Of a stretch of DNA of 64,000 bases, positions 1 to 8,200 are shown in pieces. The DNA comes from a virus. The translations under genes and the position numbers were made by a program. Below the pieces are notes generated by a model that was not told where the DNA came from, did no database searches, and saw only the letters and a program-made list of their open reading frames with translations. Within the stretch, counting starts at the first letter, position 1; the number at the start of each line of letters is the position of its first letter. The stretch lies in the IMG/VR virus record IMGVR_UViG_3300045988_129445. One strand, given 5' to 3'.

Positions 1-138
1 ATCTTGCAAGAAGCAAAAAAGGTTTTTGACGGTATTTCATGGGTTAACACTGAAGAAGAACTGGACAATGTGTATCATGAGAAAATCAAGAACTTATATG
101 ATACGGTTGATTTTTCAGAGTTTGTGGCGTATTTATAA
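1..138 (+). CDS. 3' end of a CDS that begins upstream of the window (45 codons, ends TAA 136-138)
   Basis: Frame 1 is open from position 1 to the TAA, with protein-like composition; the overlapping track ORF 26..211 is judged spurious. Confidence 0.4.
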   Translation: MLQEAKKVFDGISWVNTEEELDNVYHEKIKNLYDTVDFSEFVAYL

Positions 139-231
139 GTCGAATATTATAGACAAGTCGTTTTCTAGACTTGTCTATTTTGTTGAACCTATAAAAAAGA
201 AAGTCCCGTAAAGGGCAGAAAGAAGAATATT

Positions 232-483
232 ATGACAAAATATAGAGTGATTTTCGGTTACTTTAGCGAACTTGTAGAAGTTGAAGAACCTACAACGGAT
301 TATGGTGCAATCTTAGATCTTGCGATCGACCAACTAGAATCTGATGGATGCATGGGTGTATTTGTTTCAGATGAAGATATAGAACGTGATGGGATCACTG
401 ATGATATGTACATTACTGGTGGAAATCACGGACTCAACTTATATCATGGTGGAAATTTCATGATAGAAAGAGTTGACGAGTAA
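232..483 (+). CDS. hypothetical small acidic protein (83 aa)
   Basis: ORF with an upstream GAAAGAAG Shine-Dalgarno block; part of the early small-gene array. Confidence 0.5.
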   Translation: MTKYRVIFGYFSELVEVEEPTTDYGAILDLAIDQLESDGCMGVFVSDEDIERDGITDDMYITGGNHGLNLYHGGNFMIERVDE

Positions 484-504
484 AGAAAGAAGGAAGGAAC
501 CACA

Positions 505-699
505 ATGGAAAATAAAACACAACTACATAAACCAAAACTAACAGAAATAGTCGTTGCGATTGTATGGATTGTAACGGCTATTATTACGTTTATCAAGATC
601 CCGCAAGCCTTTATATTAGAAGCGTTGTTGGTAATGATTACCGCTGTCTATATGCTTGCTTGCGTTGGATTTTTTGATGATGATACAGATACAGAATAA
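505..699 (+). CDS. small membrane protein (64 aa, two hydrophobic helices)
   Basis: ORF preceded by AAGAAAGAAGGAAGG; hydrophobic segments IVVAIVWIVTAIITFI and LLVMITAVYMLACVGFF. Confidence 0.5.
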   Translation: MENKTQLHKPKLTEIVVAIVWIVTAIITFIKIPQAFILEALLVMITAVYMLACVGFFDDDTDTE

Positions 700-711
700 G
701 AAAGAAGGTAA

Positions 712-1113
712 ATGATTATGAATTTTGAAAAATATAGAGAATTTGACACAATTAAATTGCATGGGATTTCTGCCAACATATTTCACGAGAATGAACACGG
801 AGAACTTATTGATCCTTTACGTGGAAAAGATGCAGACTGGTTAACGGGAAAATCCACATTGGCAAAAGCGGAAAATTTCAATTTTGAACAATTCGTTCTT
901 AATGAAATCAATCAGCATTTTATTAACAATTTAGAAGCAAAAGATATTTGTATTTGTGGTAGTTGCTTTTCTTTTTGGAAACAAGAAGATGATGATGGTT
1001 TAGAAGATGATAATGGAAAATATTTTGTATCCTATGCCGTTAGTATCACAATTAATGGAAAATACATAGATGAAGAAGATTTATACGAACTATTTCCGAA
1101 TTTTGAATATTAA
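712..1113 (+). CDS. hypothetical protein (133 aa)
   Basis: ORF preceded by the TAAGAAAGAAGGTAAA motif. Confidence 0.5.
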   Translation: MIMNFEKYREFDTIKLHGISANIFHENEHGELIDPLRGKDADWLTGKSTLAKAENFNFEQFVLNEINQHFINNLEAKDICICGSCFSFWKQEDDDGLEDDNGKYFVSYAVSITINGKYIDEEDLYELFPNFEY

Positions 1114-1131
1114 GAAAGAAGGTAAAACACA

Positions 1132-1740
1132 ATGAGAACAAAACAGAACAAAACAATCAAGATCCTATTAGCCGTAGCACTTATGTTTACGGCTTTTTTA
1201 ATGCTGGAAAATACAGTGTATGCAAAGACAAAAAGAAGCACGTACAGAACTATAAACGGCATTTGCAACAATGACGGCACAATTGATACGGCAGATGGCT
1301 ATTGTTGGAAAGTTCGCAAGGGATCATATGCCTATCCAGGGACTACCGTTGTAACTGTAAAATTCAATACTCATAGAACAAAAGATAAGCTCGATGATTC
1401 TATTGTAAAGATCACAGCAAAGAATAAGAATATCCAGCTTGTAAACGATTATATACGCCACGAGTACGACTTAAAAGCCTATAGAGTAAAGTATATCAGC
1501 ACTGGAAAATTAACCGATAAAATGATCCGTGAACGTGCTGTAAAGCATACGATTTATGTGGAAATTATTAAAAGTATTTCTGCTGGTGGTAAACATGGAA
1601 CGTATGGAAAAAACTACTACATTGTCTATAACAAGCGTGTACGCAAAGGAAAGCACGTAACAAGCTATTGTGTATGGAATCCTTGCAATAGTTACTGTGA
1701 TGATGTAGAAGCCGTGGCAGATAATGGAAAAATCAGATAG
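1132..1740 (+). CDS. secreted protein with N-terminal signal peptide (202 aa), function unknown
   Basis: N-terminus MRTKQNKTIKILLAVALMFTAFLMLENTVYA is a typical Gram-positive signal peptide; preceded by TAAGAAAGAAGGTAAA. Confidence 0.55.
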   Translation: MRTKQNKTIKILLAVALMFTAFLMLENTVYAKTKRSTYRTINGICNNDGTIDTADGYCWKVRKGSYAYPGTTVVTVKFNTHRTKDKLDDSIVKITAKNKNIQLVNDYIRHEYDLKAYRVKYISTGKLTDKMIRERAVKHTIYVEIIKSISAGGKHGTYGKNYYIVYNKRVRKGKHVTSYCVWNPCNSYCDDVEAVADNGKIR

Positions 1741-1757
1741 AAAGAAGGTAGAACGGT

Positions 1758-1991
1758 ATGACAACGATTACTATATACAGAAACAAACGTAACGAGAACA
1801 AATACATAGAAGTCCATAACGATGGATACTATCATAATTCCGTTAAACAGTTTATGCAATGGAAGAAAGATCACAATGGAAATCAGCTTGAAAAACCTAT
1901 CAGAAATGAAATGGGTGATCGAGTCTTACATAGATGGAAAAAAGCAAACCTTGTAGCACTATTGGAAGATTATGAACTGATTACGGCATAG
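1758..1991 (+). CDS. hypothetical protein (77 aa)
   Basis: ORF preceded by TAGAAAGAAGGTAGA. Confidence 0.5.
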   Translation: MTTITIYRNKRNENKYIEVHNDGYYHNSVKQFMQWKKDHNGNQLEKPIRNEMGDRVLHRWKKANLVALLEDYELITA

Positions 1992-2000
1992 AAAGAAGGT

Positions 2001-2315
2001 ATGGAAACTATGAAAGATTATAGAACGATTATTGATAATGATACAGTAGAAATGTTTTGCACGACTTTAGATGATTACTTAGAAGATAGTTTTGAAGGCT
2101 GTCTGTTAGATAACTATTTCTTTGATGTTGGAAATAACAATATGAGATGGGGCAGAGTTAAGCTAAGAAAGTACGTGATGATCTTAGAAAAGGGATTGAA
2201 TGAATGGTCAAGTGTCAACGAATTGTACATGACAGACAGCGAAAAGAAGTATAGAGAACTGTTCGATATGTACTATAAGGAACGTGAAGAATACGAAAAA
2301 GAAGAAACGGCATAG
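2001..2315 (+). CDS. hypothetical protein (104 aa)
   Basis: ORF preceded by TAGAAAGAAGGTATGG. Confidence 0.5.
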   Translation: METMKDYRTIIDNDTVEMFCTTLDDYLEDSFEGCLLDNYFFDVGNNNMRWGRVKLRKYVMILEKGLNEWSSVNELYMTDSEKKYRELFDMYYKEREEYEKEETA

Positions 2316-2331
2316 GAAGAAGGTGGAAGAA

Positions 2332-2547
2332 ATGAATCATCGTGCAACGTATCTTATCTATTATGAAGATAAGAATGGGTATAGGGATAGCTATGAAGTT
2401 TACGGGTATGAACAACTTAGAGAAGCTATGAAGTGGTTACATAGTGATGAGATTAAAGCAACTGATATATCAATCTATAAGCATGGAAAAGATTTTGAAA
2501 ATAATTCTGATGACATTATAGAAGTATATAAAAATTGGTGGAAATAA
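2332..2547 (+). CDS. hypothetical protein (71 aa); start moved to ATG 2332
   Basis: TAGGAAGAAGGTGG sits directly upstream of ATG 2332; the track ORF 2284 start only adds a lysine-rich extension. Confidence 0.5.
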   Translation: MNHRATYLIYYEDKNGYRDSYEVYGYEQLREAMKWLHSDEIKATDISIYKHGKDFENNSDDIIEVYKNWWK

Positions 2548-2564
2548 CCAGGAGGAACGATAGA

Positions 2565-2870
2565 ATGGAAAAGAACTTAAAAGATTTATACTTTGTATCT
2601 GTTTATTACAGTTTTGATTGTGATTCACCGCTTTATGTTTTTAGTACAGAAGAAGAAGCGGTTGCATTTATTAGAAAACAATATCAGGATGAATTGAACA
2701 TAGAATGTAGAGAATTGGAAATTGATATGAGTGTTTCTGAAAAGGATTATAGTGATTATGGATTATTTGTCGATATATCCGATGATGGAAGTTTTGCACG
2801 TATTGAACAAGTAAACGATGATTCGTCATTTATTGAATGGAATTTAACAACATTAAGAAATGATTTATAA
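2565..2870 (+). CDS. hypothetical acidic protein (101 aa); start moved to ATG 2565
   Basis: AGGAGGAACGATAGA then ATG at 2565, in frame with track ORF 2535. Confidence 0.5.
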   Translation: MEKNLKDLYFVSVYYSFDCDSPLYVFSTEEEAVAFIRKQYQDELNIECRELEIDMSVSEKDYSDYGLFVDISDDGSFARIEQVNDDSSFIEWNLTTLRNDL

Positions 2871-2887
2871 AAAGGAAGGTACACAAA

Positions 2888-3160
2888 ATGGAAATTTTAA
2901 AGATGACAAGAACAAACATGGTAGTGATTAGAACAGTAGAAAAGGAAGAACGAAACACTTTTGATATTGGGAAAATCAGAGTCGCAACATTGCCACCGAT
3001 TGCAAAGAAAGATCTTATCGCAGAACTTAAAAGCAAAGGCTTCTGCGATGGAATGATTCATACAGCTTTACAATGTAAGTTAGAAGATCTGAACGGATAT
3101 GTGAACGTGTGGAAATATGTAGCATATATCCTTGCTGTAGAACTGATGGAAAGATTATAG
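2888..3160 (+). CDS. hypothetical protein (90 aa)
   Basis: ORF preceded by AAAAGGAAGGTACA. Confidence 0.5.
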   Translation: MEILKMTRTNMVVIRTVEKEERNTFDIGKIRVATLPPIAKKDLIAELKSKGFCDGMIHTALQCKLEDLNGYVNVWKYVAYILAVELMERL

Positions 3161-3176
3161 AAGGAAGGTGGAAATT

Positions 3177-3365
3177 ATGATAGTAAGAAATGAATATCCT
3201 GACGGTAGAACGGAAATTTTCTGTAACACGCCTGATGAGTATAACGACTTATGCTGTGAGTACGATCTTGAAGATTGCGGTAACAGTGGAAAATATGTTG
3301 GATCTAGTTGGTCACACGATGATAAGAACAACGTAGATGTTTATTTTAAATGTACAGAACAGTAG
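3177..3365 (+). CDS. hypothetical protein (62 aa); start moved to ATG 3177
   Basis: TAGAAGGAAGGTGG at 3158-3171, then ATG at 3177; the track start is a GTG inside the Shine-Dalgarno block. Confidence 0.45.
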   Translation: MIVRNEYPDGRTEIFCNTPDEYNDLCCEYDLEDCGNSGKYVGSSWSHDDKNNVDVYFKCTEQ

Positions 3366-3372
3366 AAAGTAG

Positions 3373-3666
3373 ATGGAAATGATGCAAAAATTAAAGAATA
3401 GAGTAAAGATTGTTGGAAAATATAATGTCACCTTCTTTGATGCATACGATAAACAAGTGCCATATCAGGGAGTCACAGTAGAAGAATTCGATAAGAATGA
3501 TAAGTTAATAGAAGGAAGTAAAAAAACAGTTTACTTTAGAGCAGATAGAAATTACATAATTCCTTCTTTTAATACAGAACAAGAAATAAACAACATTAGT
3601 ACATATAAAAATTATTCAAGGTTGAAAGCAATACGGCAAGTTATTATAACAAGTGATGTATATTAG
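3373..3666 (+). CDS. hypothetical protein (97 aa)
   Basis: ORF preceded by TAGAAAGTAGATGG. Confidence 0.45.
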   Translation: MEMMQKLKNRVKIVGKYNVTFFDAYDKQVPYQGVTVEEFDKNDKLIEGSKKTVYFRADRNYIIPSFNTEQEINNISTYKNYSRLKAIRQVIITSDVY

Positions 3667-3682
3667 AAAGTAGGTGAAAAGA

Positions 3683-3937
3683 ATGAGTCGCAGAACAACT
3701 ATGGAATCATTAGCGTGTCACGTAGAACGAAAGTATAACACGTTATACTTTACGGAAAATCCGCCGAACGCTGGAATTAACGATAGCTTGCATGGATATA
3801 GATATTTCTTGCTATTCAAGAATACGTTCGGAATTTTTCGGAAATACAGAACGCAAGAAGAAGCAATTAACGGCATGACGGAAATTTTAAAAGAAGATCC
3901 AGCTAATCTATTCAACTTCTCTGTATGCCGTACATAG
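3683..3937 (+). CDS. hypothetical protein (84 aa); start moved to ATG 3683
   Basis: TAGAAAGTAGGTGAAAAGA then ATG 3683. Confidence 0.45.
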   Translation: MSRRTTMESLACHVERKYNTLYFTENPPNAGINDSLHGYRYFLLFKNTFGIFRKYRTQEEAINGMTEILKEDPANLFNFSVCRT

Positions 3938-4092
3938 TTTATTACATAGCCAATTAAAGGCTTTTACTGTCTGTAATGAAGCAGACTACACCCTAACGGA
4001 AAGACTCGACTATTGAAGCTAATAGTTACTTTAAATGAACGGAATGACTGTACTACTGATTGATGGTAGTGACGTATTGGAACGGGAAAACG

Positions 4093-4152
4093 GTGGCGTA
4101 TGGTAGATAAAAGAGTGCTTTTATCGGTGGGTTCAATTTCCACTCCGCCACT
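4093..4152 (+). other. tRNA-like fragment: acceptor-like stem, internal 8-bp hairpin, and a T-arm-like GGTTCAATT-CC element; about 61 nt, not a complete tRNA
   Basis: GGTGGCG ... GATAAAAG-agtg-CTTTTATC ... GTGGG-TTCAATT-TCCAC ... CGCCAC; no D-arm and only a 4-nt loop where the anticodon loop would be. Confidence 0.3.
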
Positions 4153-4180
4153 TCACACGATGGAAATTATCGTGTATAAT
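4152..4180 (+). promoter_or_regulatory. sigma-A-type promoter (-35 TTCACA, 17-nt spacer, extended -10 TGTATAAT)
   Basis: TTCACA at 4152-4157 and TATAAT at 4175-4180, upstream of the gene starting at 4248. Confidence 0.45.
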
Positions 4181-4247
4181 ATAAGAGAACAGTTAACTTA
4201 AAATCTGACCGCAAGGCAGTCAGTTCCTAAAAAGGATGGTGGAAATT

Positions 4248-5000
4248 ATGAAGTACAAAGAACTTATTATGACAGAACAATCTACTGGAAAGAAAACGGT
4301 GCTTTATGAGAATGAAGAGTTCAAGAACTTTGATTATCTAAGTAATCTTATGATGAAGTATGGGTATAGCGAGAATGATTATGAAAACCTTAATGATGAT
4401 ATTATGAGTGGAATTGATCACTTTGATGTTATGGAATATGGAAACACAATCGAAACACTTTTATTTGAATATATTAAATATCCTGAGTGCTTTGAGATCC
4501 ATAAGATTCCTGAAATGCCTGATGGATTTACAAAAATCACTTATCATGGTTATACAATCAAATTAAATCAATATAGCTGTGATTGGTACTACGGGAAGAG
4601 TTCTGACGGAAGTTTATGTGTGACAAGCACTAAGTACGATTGGAAAAAATACGACAAGATCAAGATACTAGTACAACGTGATTATTACGGAAAATTTGAA
4701 GAAGAATGGTGGAATATTGTTGACGACAACGGAAATCTTATAGTAAAAATCATGGATGATGATATGGAAAAAGCTGTCGCAGATATTAAAGATAATCGTG
4801 ATCATGCAATGGATTTTGAAGATTGGCTATTATCAACCGATGCAGAAAAGTGGGACGTTGAATGGACTCAAGAAAATTATGATAAAGATAGGGCAGATGA
4901 GATTATCAGAAATGCTTATAATGACTACCTTAATATGCACTGGAAATATTCATGGTTGGTTAGAATAGTAGCGGAAAATATGATCAAGAAGGGAATGTAG
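4248..5000 (+). CDS. hypothetical acidic protein (250 aa); start moved to ATG 4248
   Basis: GGATGGTGGAAATT then ATG 4248; the track start is a GTG inside the Shine-Dalgarno block. Confidence 0.55.
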   Translation: MKYKELIMTEQSTGKKTVLYENEEFKNFDYLSNLMMKYGYSENDYENLNDDIMSGIDHFDVMEYGNTIETLLFEYIKYPECFEIHKIPEMPDGFTKITYHGYTIKLNQYSCDWYYGKSSDGSLCVTSTKYDWKKYDKIKILVQRDYYGKFEEEWWNIVDDNGNLIVKIMDDDMEKAVADIKDNRDHAMDFEDWLLSTDAEKWDVEWTQENYDKDRADEIIRNAYNDYLNMHWKYSWLVRIVAENMIKKGM

Positions 5001-5010
5001 GTGGTAAATT

Positions 5011-5289
5011 ATGTTTGATTATGAAAGAAAAGAATTTGAAAAGAATGTGGAAATTTTAATGGAAGATCGTTGTACACGAAAAGAAGCGGAACGATTGTTA
5101 AAAAATAGCACAGTAGTATATGAATTGAAAGATTTTACAGAACATTTTGGTCAGTTTATGGAAGATTGGCAAGAAGACAAGGAAGGAATTGAAGCATATA
5201 AGAAGATGCTTGAAACTAAAAAACCGATGAGTGGATATAGTTTTGTAGAATATAATGGAAAAGAATATTTGATTAATTATTGTTTATAG
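5011..5289 (+). CDS. hypothetical protein (92 aa)
   Basis: ORF with GTAGGTGG ribosome-binding site. Confidence 0.5.
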   Translation: MFDYERKEFEKNVEILMEDRCTRKEAERLLKNSTVVYELKDFTEHFGQFMEDWQEDKEGIEAYKKMLETKKPMSGYSFVEYNGKEYLINYCL

Positions 5290-5324
5290 ACTAACGGAAA
5301 ATTAAATAAAAACAAAGTAATCTA

Positions 5325-5355
5325 GGAAGATGCAGAAATGTATCTTCCTTTTTTG
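5325..5355 (+). terminator. rho-independent terminator
   Basis: GGAAGAT-(10 nt loop)-ATCTTCC followed by TTTTTT. Confidence 0.5.
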
Positions 5356-5380
5356 ATGGAAAGAAACGAGGTAAGAACGA

Positions 5381-5668
5381 ATGAAAGTTAGTAAAGAAGA
5401 GTACGAAAGATTAGATTTTGAGGACTTTGTGGAAAAATTAAAACCACAATATGACACATTATGTAGCTTAGAAGATATGAAAAATGCTTGCGTTGATGCA
5501 GTTAACGTGATGGAAGTTAGCCTTGCAATCCATATATTGGAACCGATTGAGGAGTACGGTGTATGGTATTACGACTACGATAGAGAAAAGGGTATGCAGT
5601 ATGTACCGCAACCACTGTCACAGAAAGAAGATCTTGTAAAGGCTGGATACTTAGAATTAGTTGGATAA
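5381..5668 (+). CDS. hypothetical protein (95 aa)
   Basis: ORF with GAGG ribosome-binding site after the terminator. Confidence 0.5.
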   Translation: MKVSKEEYERLDFEDFVEKLKPQYDTLCSLEDMKNACVDAVNVMEVSLAIHILEPIEEYGVWYYDYDREKGMQYVPQPLSQKEDLVKAGYLELVG

Positions 5669-5707
5669 TAAAATGCAGATTTAACGGAAAGATATGAGGT
5701 GGAAATT

Positions 5708-5878
5708 ATGACATGGAATCATATTAAATTTGAAGATGGGTCTAATCCATATGTTTGTAAAACCAACAAAGAGCTGGAAAGAATGAAACGGAAATATGAC
5801 CTTGTGCAACTTGACAGAAATTTTTGGTTAGCAAAATATCATAAAGCAAAAGCAGACTTAGGTGGATTAATGTTTTAA
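5708..5878 (+). CDS. small hypothetical protein (56 aa), below the ORF-track size cutoff
   Basis: GAGGTGGAAATT then ATG 5708; reads MTWNHIKFEDGSNPYVCKTNKELERMKRKYDLVQLDRNFWLAKYHKAKADLGGLMF and fills an otherwise empty gap. Confidence 0.35.
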   Translation: MTWNHIKFEDGSNPYVCKTNKELERMKRKYDLVQLDRNFWLAKYHKAKADLGGLMF

Positions 5879-5890
5879 AGATTAGGAGAA

Positions 5891-6181
5891 ATGAATATGC
5901 AGACAGTAAAATTTGTAACAAAGGAAAATGATAAAGCAATATGTTGGTGTACGACAAATGATCTTGTCACATTCAGAGATTTTATGCAATACATTCTTGA
6001 TAATACGAATAATCCACATGATTTTATGATTATTGATACCAAAAAAGATCTTGTTTATGACTTTTATAGAGTTGCAACGGAACAGTATGGCATGAGAAAA
6101 AGAACTTTTGAAGAAAGAATGAATGGTGTTCAGACTGGAAAATGGAGTAAGTATACAAAAGAAGAATTGAAAGCTTTATAG
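5891..6181 (+). CDS. hypothetical protein (96 aa)
   Basis: ORF with AGGAGAAATGAATATG context. Confidence 0.5.
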   Translation: MNMQTVKFVTKENDKAICWCTTNDLVTFRDFMQYILDNTNNPHDFMIIDTKKDLVYDFYRVATEQYGMRKRTFEERMNGVQTGKWSKYTKEELKAL

Positions 6182-6211
6182 AAAACTTTATTACAGATAG
6201 GAGTGGAAATT

Positions 6212-6487
6212 ATGAAAGAAAATTATATTGTAGTTACATCAGGTGGAACAATACGTATGACATTAACAAGTAGGGTAAAAGAAATCTTAACTGAATTCAA
6301 GCCAAAAGGATGTCCGTTTGGAAATTATTCGATGTTAAATTTATTACAAGATTGGCTTGGTATGTATGCATGGCAGTTACCAAAGAATAAGCCTATGTCA
6401 ATAGTTAAATGTATTGAACGATTGGACGTGGATGGAACAACTATCTACAAAGAATCAATGATTCGATTGATTGAAGTAGTAGCATAA
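6212..6487 (+). CDS. hypothetical protein (91 aa); start moved to ATG 6212
   Basis: AGGAGTGGAAATT then ATG 6212. Confidence 0.5.
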   Translation: MKENYIVVTSGGTIRMTLTSRVKEILTEFKPKGCPFGNYSMLNLLQDWLGMYAWQLPKNKPMSIVKCIERLDVDGTTIYKESMIRLIEVVA

Positions 6488-6524
6488 AAGAAAAGTTTTA
6501 TCACATGAATAGGAGTGAGAGATT

Positions 6525-7064
6525 ATGAATAAAAATTTATTTGCAATACCAATAGTAAAGAAGTATTTAGAGGAAATGAATCCTACGTTTTGGAATGGGC
6601 AGGGTAATATCCCAGATACATTTGATTCTTGTCCATGGCAGTATCCTTTGACAGAGAATATTAGTCTTGAAATTACATGTGATTATAACGATGAAGAAAA
6701 AGTATGGAAACATTATTGTGATTTGATAAATAGTTCTGATGATAGTTCATTTGCTGTACTTAGTGGGGTTGGAATTAATGATGTATCAAGTATTGCCAAT
6801 ACAATTATTGATTTATGCAATACTCGTAAGGAGTTGGTTTTTATGAAGGAAGAAAGAATCGCAAATATCTTATTCAATATGTCTTTAGACATGGACTATG
6901 ATAGTTCTGTGGATGATTATAAAGAAGATATGGAAATGTTAACCGAAAGCATTGGAAAATTAGCCAAAGAAGATGATCCGCTGTTCTATGTATTACAGAA
7001 TATTGCAGATGATAACGCAGAACTGGAAAATAAACTTGTCAATGCAGATGGATCTATTAACTAA
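6525..7064 (+). CDS. hypothetical acidic protein (179 aa)
   Basis: ORF with AGGAGTGAGAGATT ribosome-binding site. Confidence 0.5.
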   Translation: MNKNLFAIPIVKKYLEEMNPTFWNGQGNIPDTFDSCPWQYPLTENISLEITCDYNDEEKVWKHYCDLINSSDDSSFAVLSGVGINDVSSIANTIIDLCNTRKELVFMKEERIANILFNMSLDMDYDSSVDDYKEDMEMLTESIGKLAKEDDPLFYVLQNIADDNAELENKLVNADGSIN

Positions 7065-7116
7065 TTAAATGTCAATTTGATCACAGGAAATTGTGTAAAA
7101 AATGTGTAATGAACTA

Positions 7117-7144
7117 TTGACATTGTGTAGATATTGTGTATAAT
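7117..7144 (+). promoter_or_regulatory. consensus sigma-A promoter (-35 TTGACA, 16-nt spacer, TG-extended -10 TATAAT) embedded in four TGTGTA repeats
   Basis: TTGACA at 7117-7122 and TATAAT at 7139-7144; TTGTGTA/TGTGTA copies at 7091, 7103, 7123 and 7135. Confidence 0.55.
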
Positions 7145-7169
7145 ATAAGTAAGTAAAGGAGACAATACA

Positions 7170-7343
7170 ATGAAGCAGAAAGATTTAATCAAGAAGCTTA
7201 AAGCAGGCGGATTTATCTTCGATAGACATGGTAGTAACCATGATATCTACACTAAAGGAGATATATCAGAATCAGTTCCTAGACATAGAGAAGTTGATGA
7301 ACGACTTGCTAGAGGTATTCTAAGAAGGAATGGGCTGTTATAA
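7170..7343 (+). CDS. hicA: HicA-family mRNA interferase toxin (57 aa)
   Basis: MKQKDLIKKLKAGGFIFDRHGSNHDIYTKGD... matches the YcfA/HicA fold signature (KG-F-RqkGSHxxyxh); AAGGAGA ribosome-binding site; missed by the track because under 60 aa. Confidence 0.7.
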   Translation: MKQKDLIKKLKAGGFIFDRHGSNHDIYTKGDISESVPRHREVDERLARGILRRNGLL

Positions 7344-7401
7344 TACAGCCTGCCCTTGGAAAATCTTGTTTGCAATCATATATAAGAATAGAGGTGAAAA
7401 T

Positions 7402-7836
7402 ATGAAAGCAGTATATCCTGTACTATTTACAAAAACCGATGACGGAAAATATTTAATTGAGGCACCAGATTTAAATGTATTAACGGAAGGAAAAGATATG
7501 TCGGATGCTATTAAAATGGCACGAGACGCAATGGAATTAACTTGTGTTTCTATGGAAGATAGAGAGGTGGAAATTCCTAAACCAACAAATATTACAGATA
7601 TCGATATTGCGAAAAGCACATTTTTTGATGAAGGAGAAACTATTATTTCATTGGTTGATATTGATTCAACAGAATATCGAAGAAAAATTGATACAAAATC
7701 TGTAAGAAGAAATGTTGCATTACCTAGTTGGTTAAATTATGAAGCAGAACATTCTGGAATTAATGTTTCTAAAGTGTTACAAGATGCACTTATTCAAGTA
7801 TTGAATGTTACTGATAGACCAAATTATAATAAATAG
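7402..7836 (+). CDS. hicB: HicB-family antitoxin (N-terminal HicB/UPF0150 domain plus C-terminal RHH-like DNA-binding tail), 144 aa
   Basis: YPVLFTKTDDGKYLIEAPDL...DAIKMARDAMEL is HicB-like; RRNVALPSWLNYEAEHSGINVSKVLQDAL is an RHH-like tail; GAGGTG ribosome-binding site then ATG 7402. Confidence 0.7.
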   Translation: MKAVYPVLFTKTDDGKYLIEAPDLNVLTEGKDMSDAIKMARDAMELTCVSMEDREVEIPKPTNITDIDIAKSTFFDEGETIISLVDIDSTEYRRKIDTKSVRRNVALPSWLNYEAEHSGINVSKVLQDALIQVLNVTDRPNYNK

Positions 7837-7864
7837 TATATATATAAACGATTAATTTATTGTC

Positions 7865-7894
7865 AATAGGCACTTTTAATAGTGCCTATTTTTT
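7865..7894 (+). terminator. rho-independent terminator
   Basis: AATAGGCACT-tttaat-AGTGCCTATT then TTTT. Confidence 0.5.
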
Positions 7895-7913
7895 AGCAAA
7901 GGAGAGTAAAATT

Positions 7914-8084
7914 ATGCCGTTGGTTTTATTATTAATAATTATTTTTATGATTCCTGAGGAAACTTTGGAAAGTATGCTAGGAGCTGTTTTAGGATGTGGG
8001 TATGGCATTTTAATGATCATAGCATTTGTTGCTATTCTGTATGGGGTTTATAAGTTCTTTTCCGATCTTTGGAACGGAAGATAG
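7914..8084 (+). CDS. small two-helix membrane protein (56 aa); start moved to ATG 7914
   Basis: AAAGGAGAG ribosome-binding site; MPLVLLLIIIFMIPEE...ILMIIAFVAILYGVY. Confidence 0.5.
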   Translation: MPLVLLLIIIFMIPEETLESMLGAVLGCGYGILMIIAFVAILYGVYKFFSDLWNGR

Positions 8085-8129
8085 TATGAAAATATTATAT
8101 TGATAAAATACAAATGAATATAGGTAACT

Positions 8130-8166
8130 AAGACACTTATGGAAAATTCCAGAGTGTCTTTTTTAA
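8130..8166 (+). terminator. rho-independent terminator
   Basis: AAGACACT-(15 nt loop)-AGTGTCTT then TTTTT. Confidence 0.5.
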
Positions 8167-8200
8167 TACAAATTTTTACATAAGAAAGGTGGAATTAATT

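Noticed and set aside
26-211. Track ORF of 61 aa at the window start
   Set aside because: It overlaps the better-supported frame-1 3' end of an upstream gene (1-138) and has poor, hydrophobic/basic composition. It is probably spurious.
4093-4152. Possible complete tRNA gene (T-arm GGTTCAATT-CC and acceptor-like pairing)
   Set aside because: Only about 61 nt; no D-arm, and the central hairpin has a 4-nt loop, so no anticodon loop. It is reported as a tRNA-like fragment, not a tRNA.
4756-4968. Internal + strand ORF (70 aa) inside the 4248-5000 gene; similar cases at 50482-50694 and 59906-60109
   Set aside because: These are out-of-frame ORFs nested in longer, well-supported genes.
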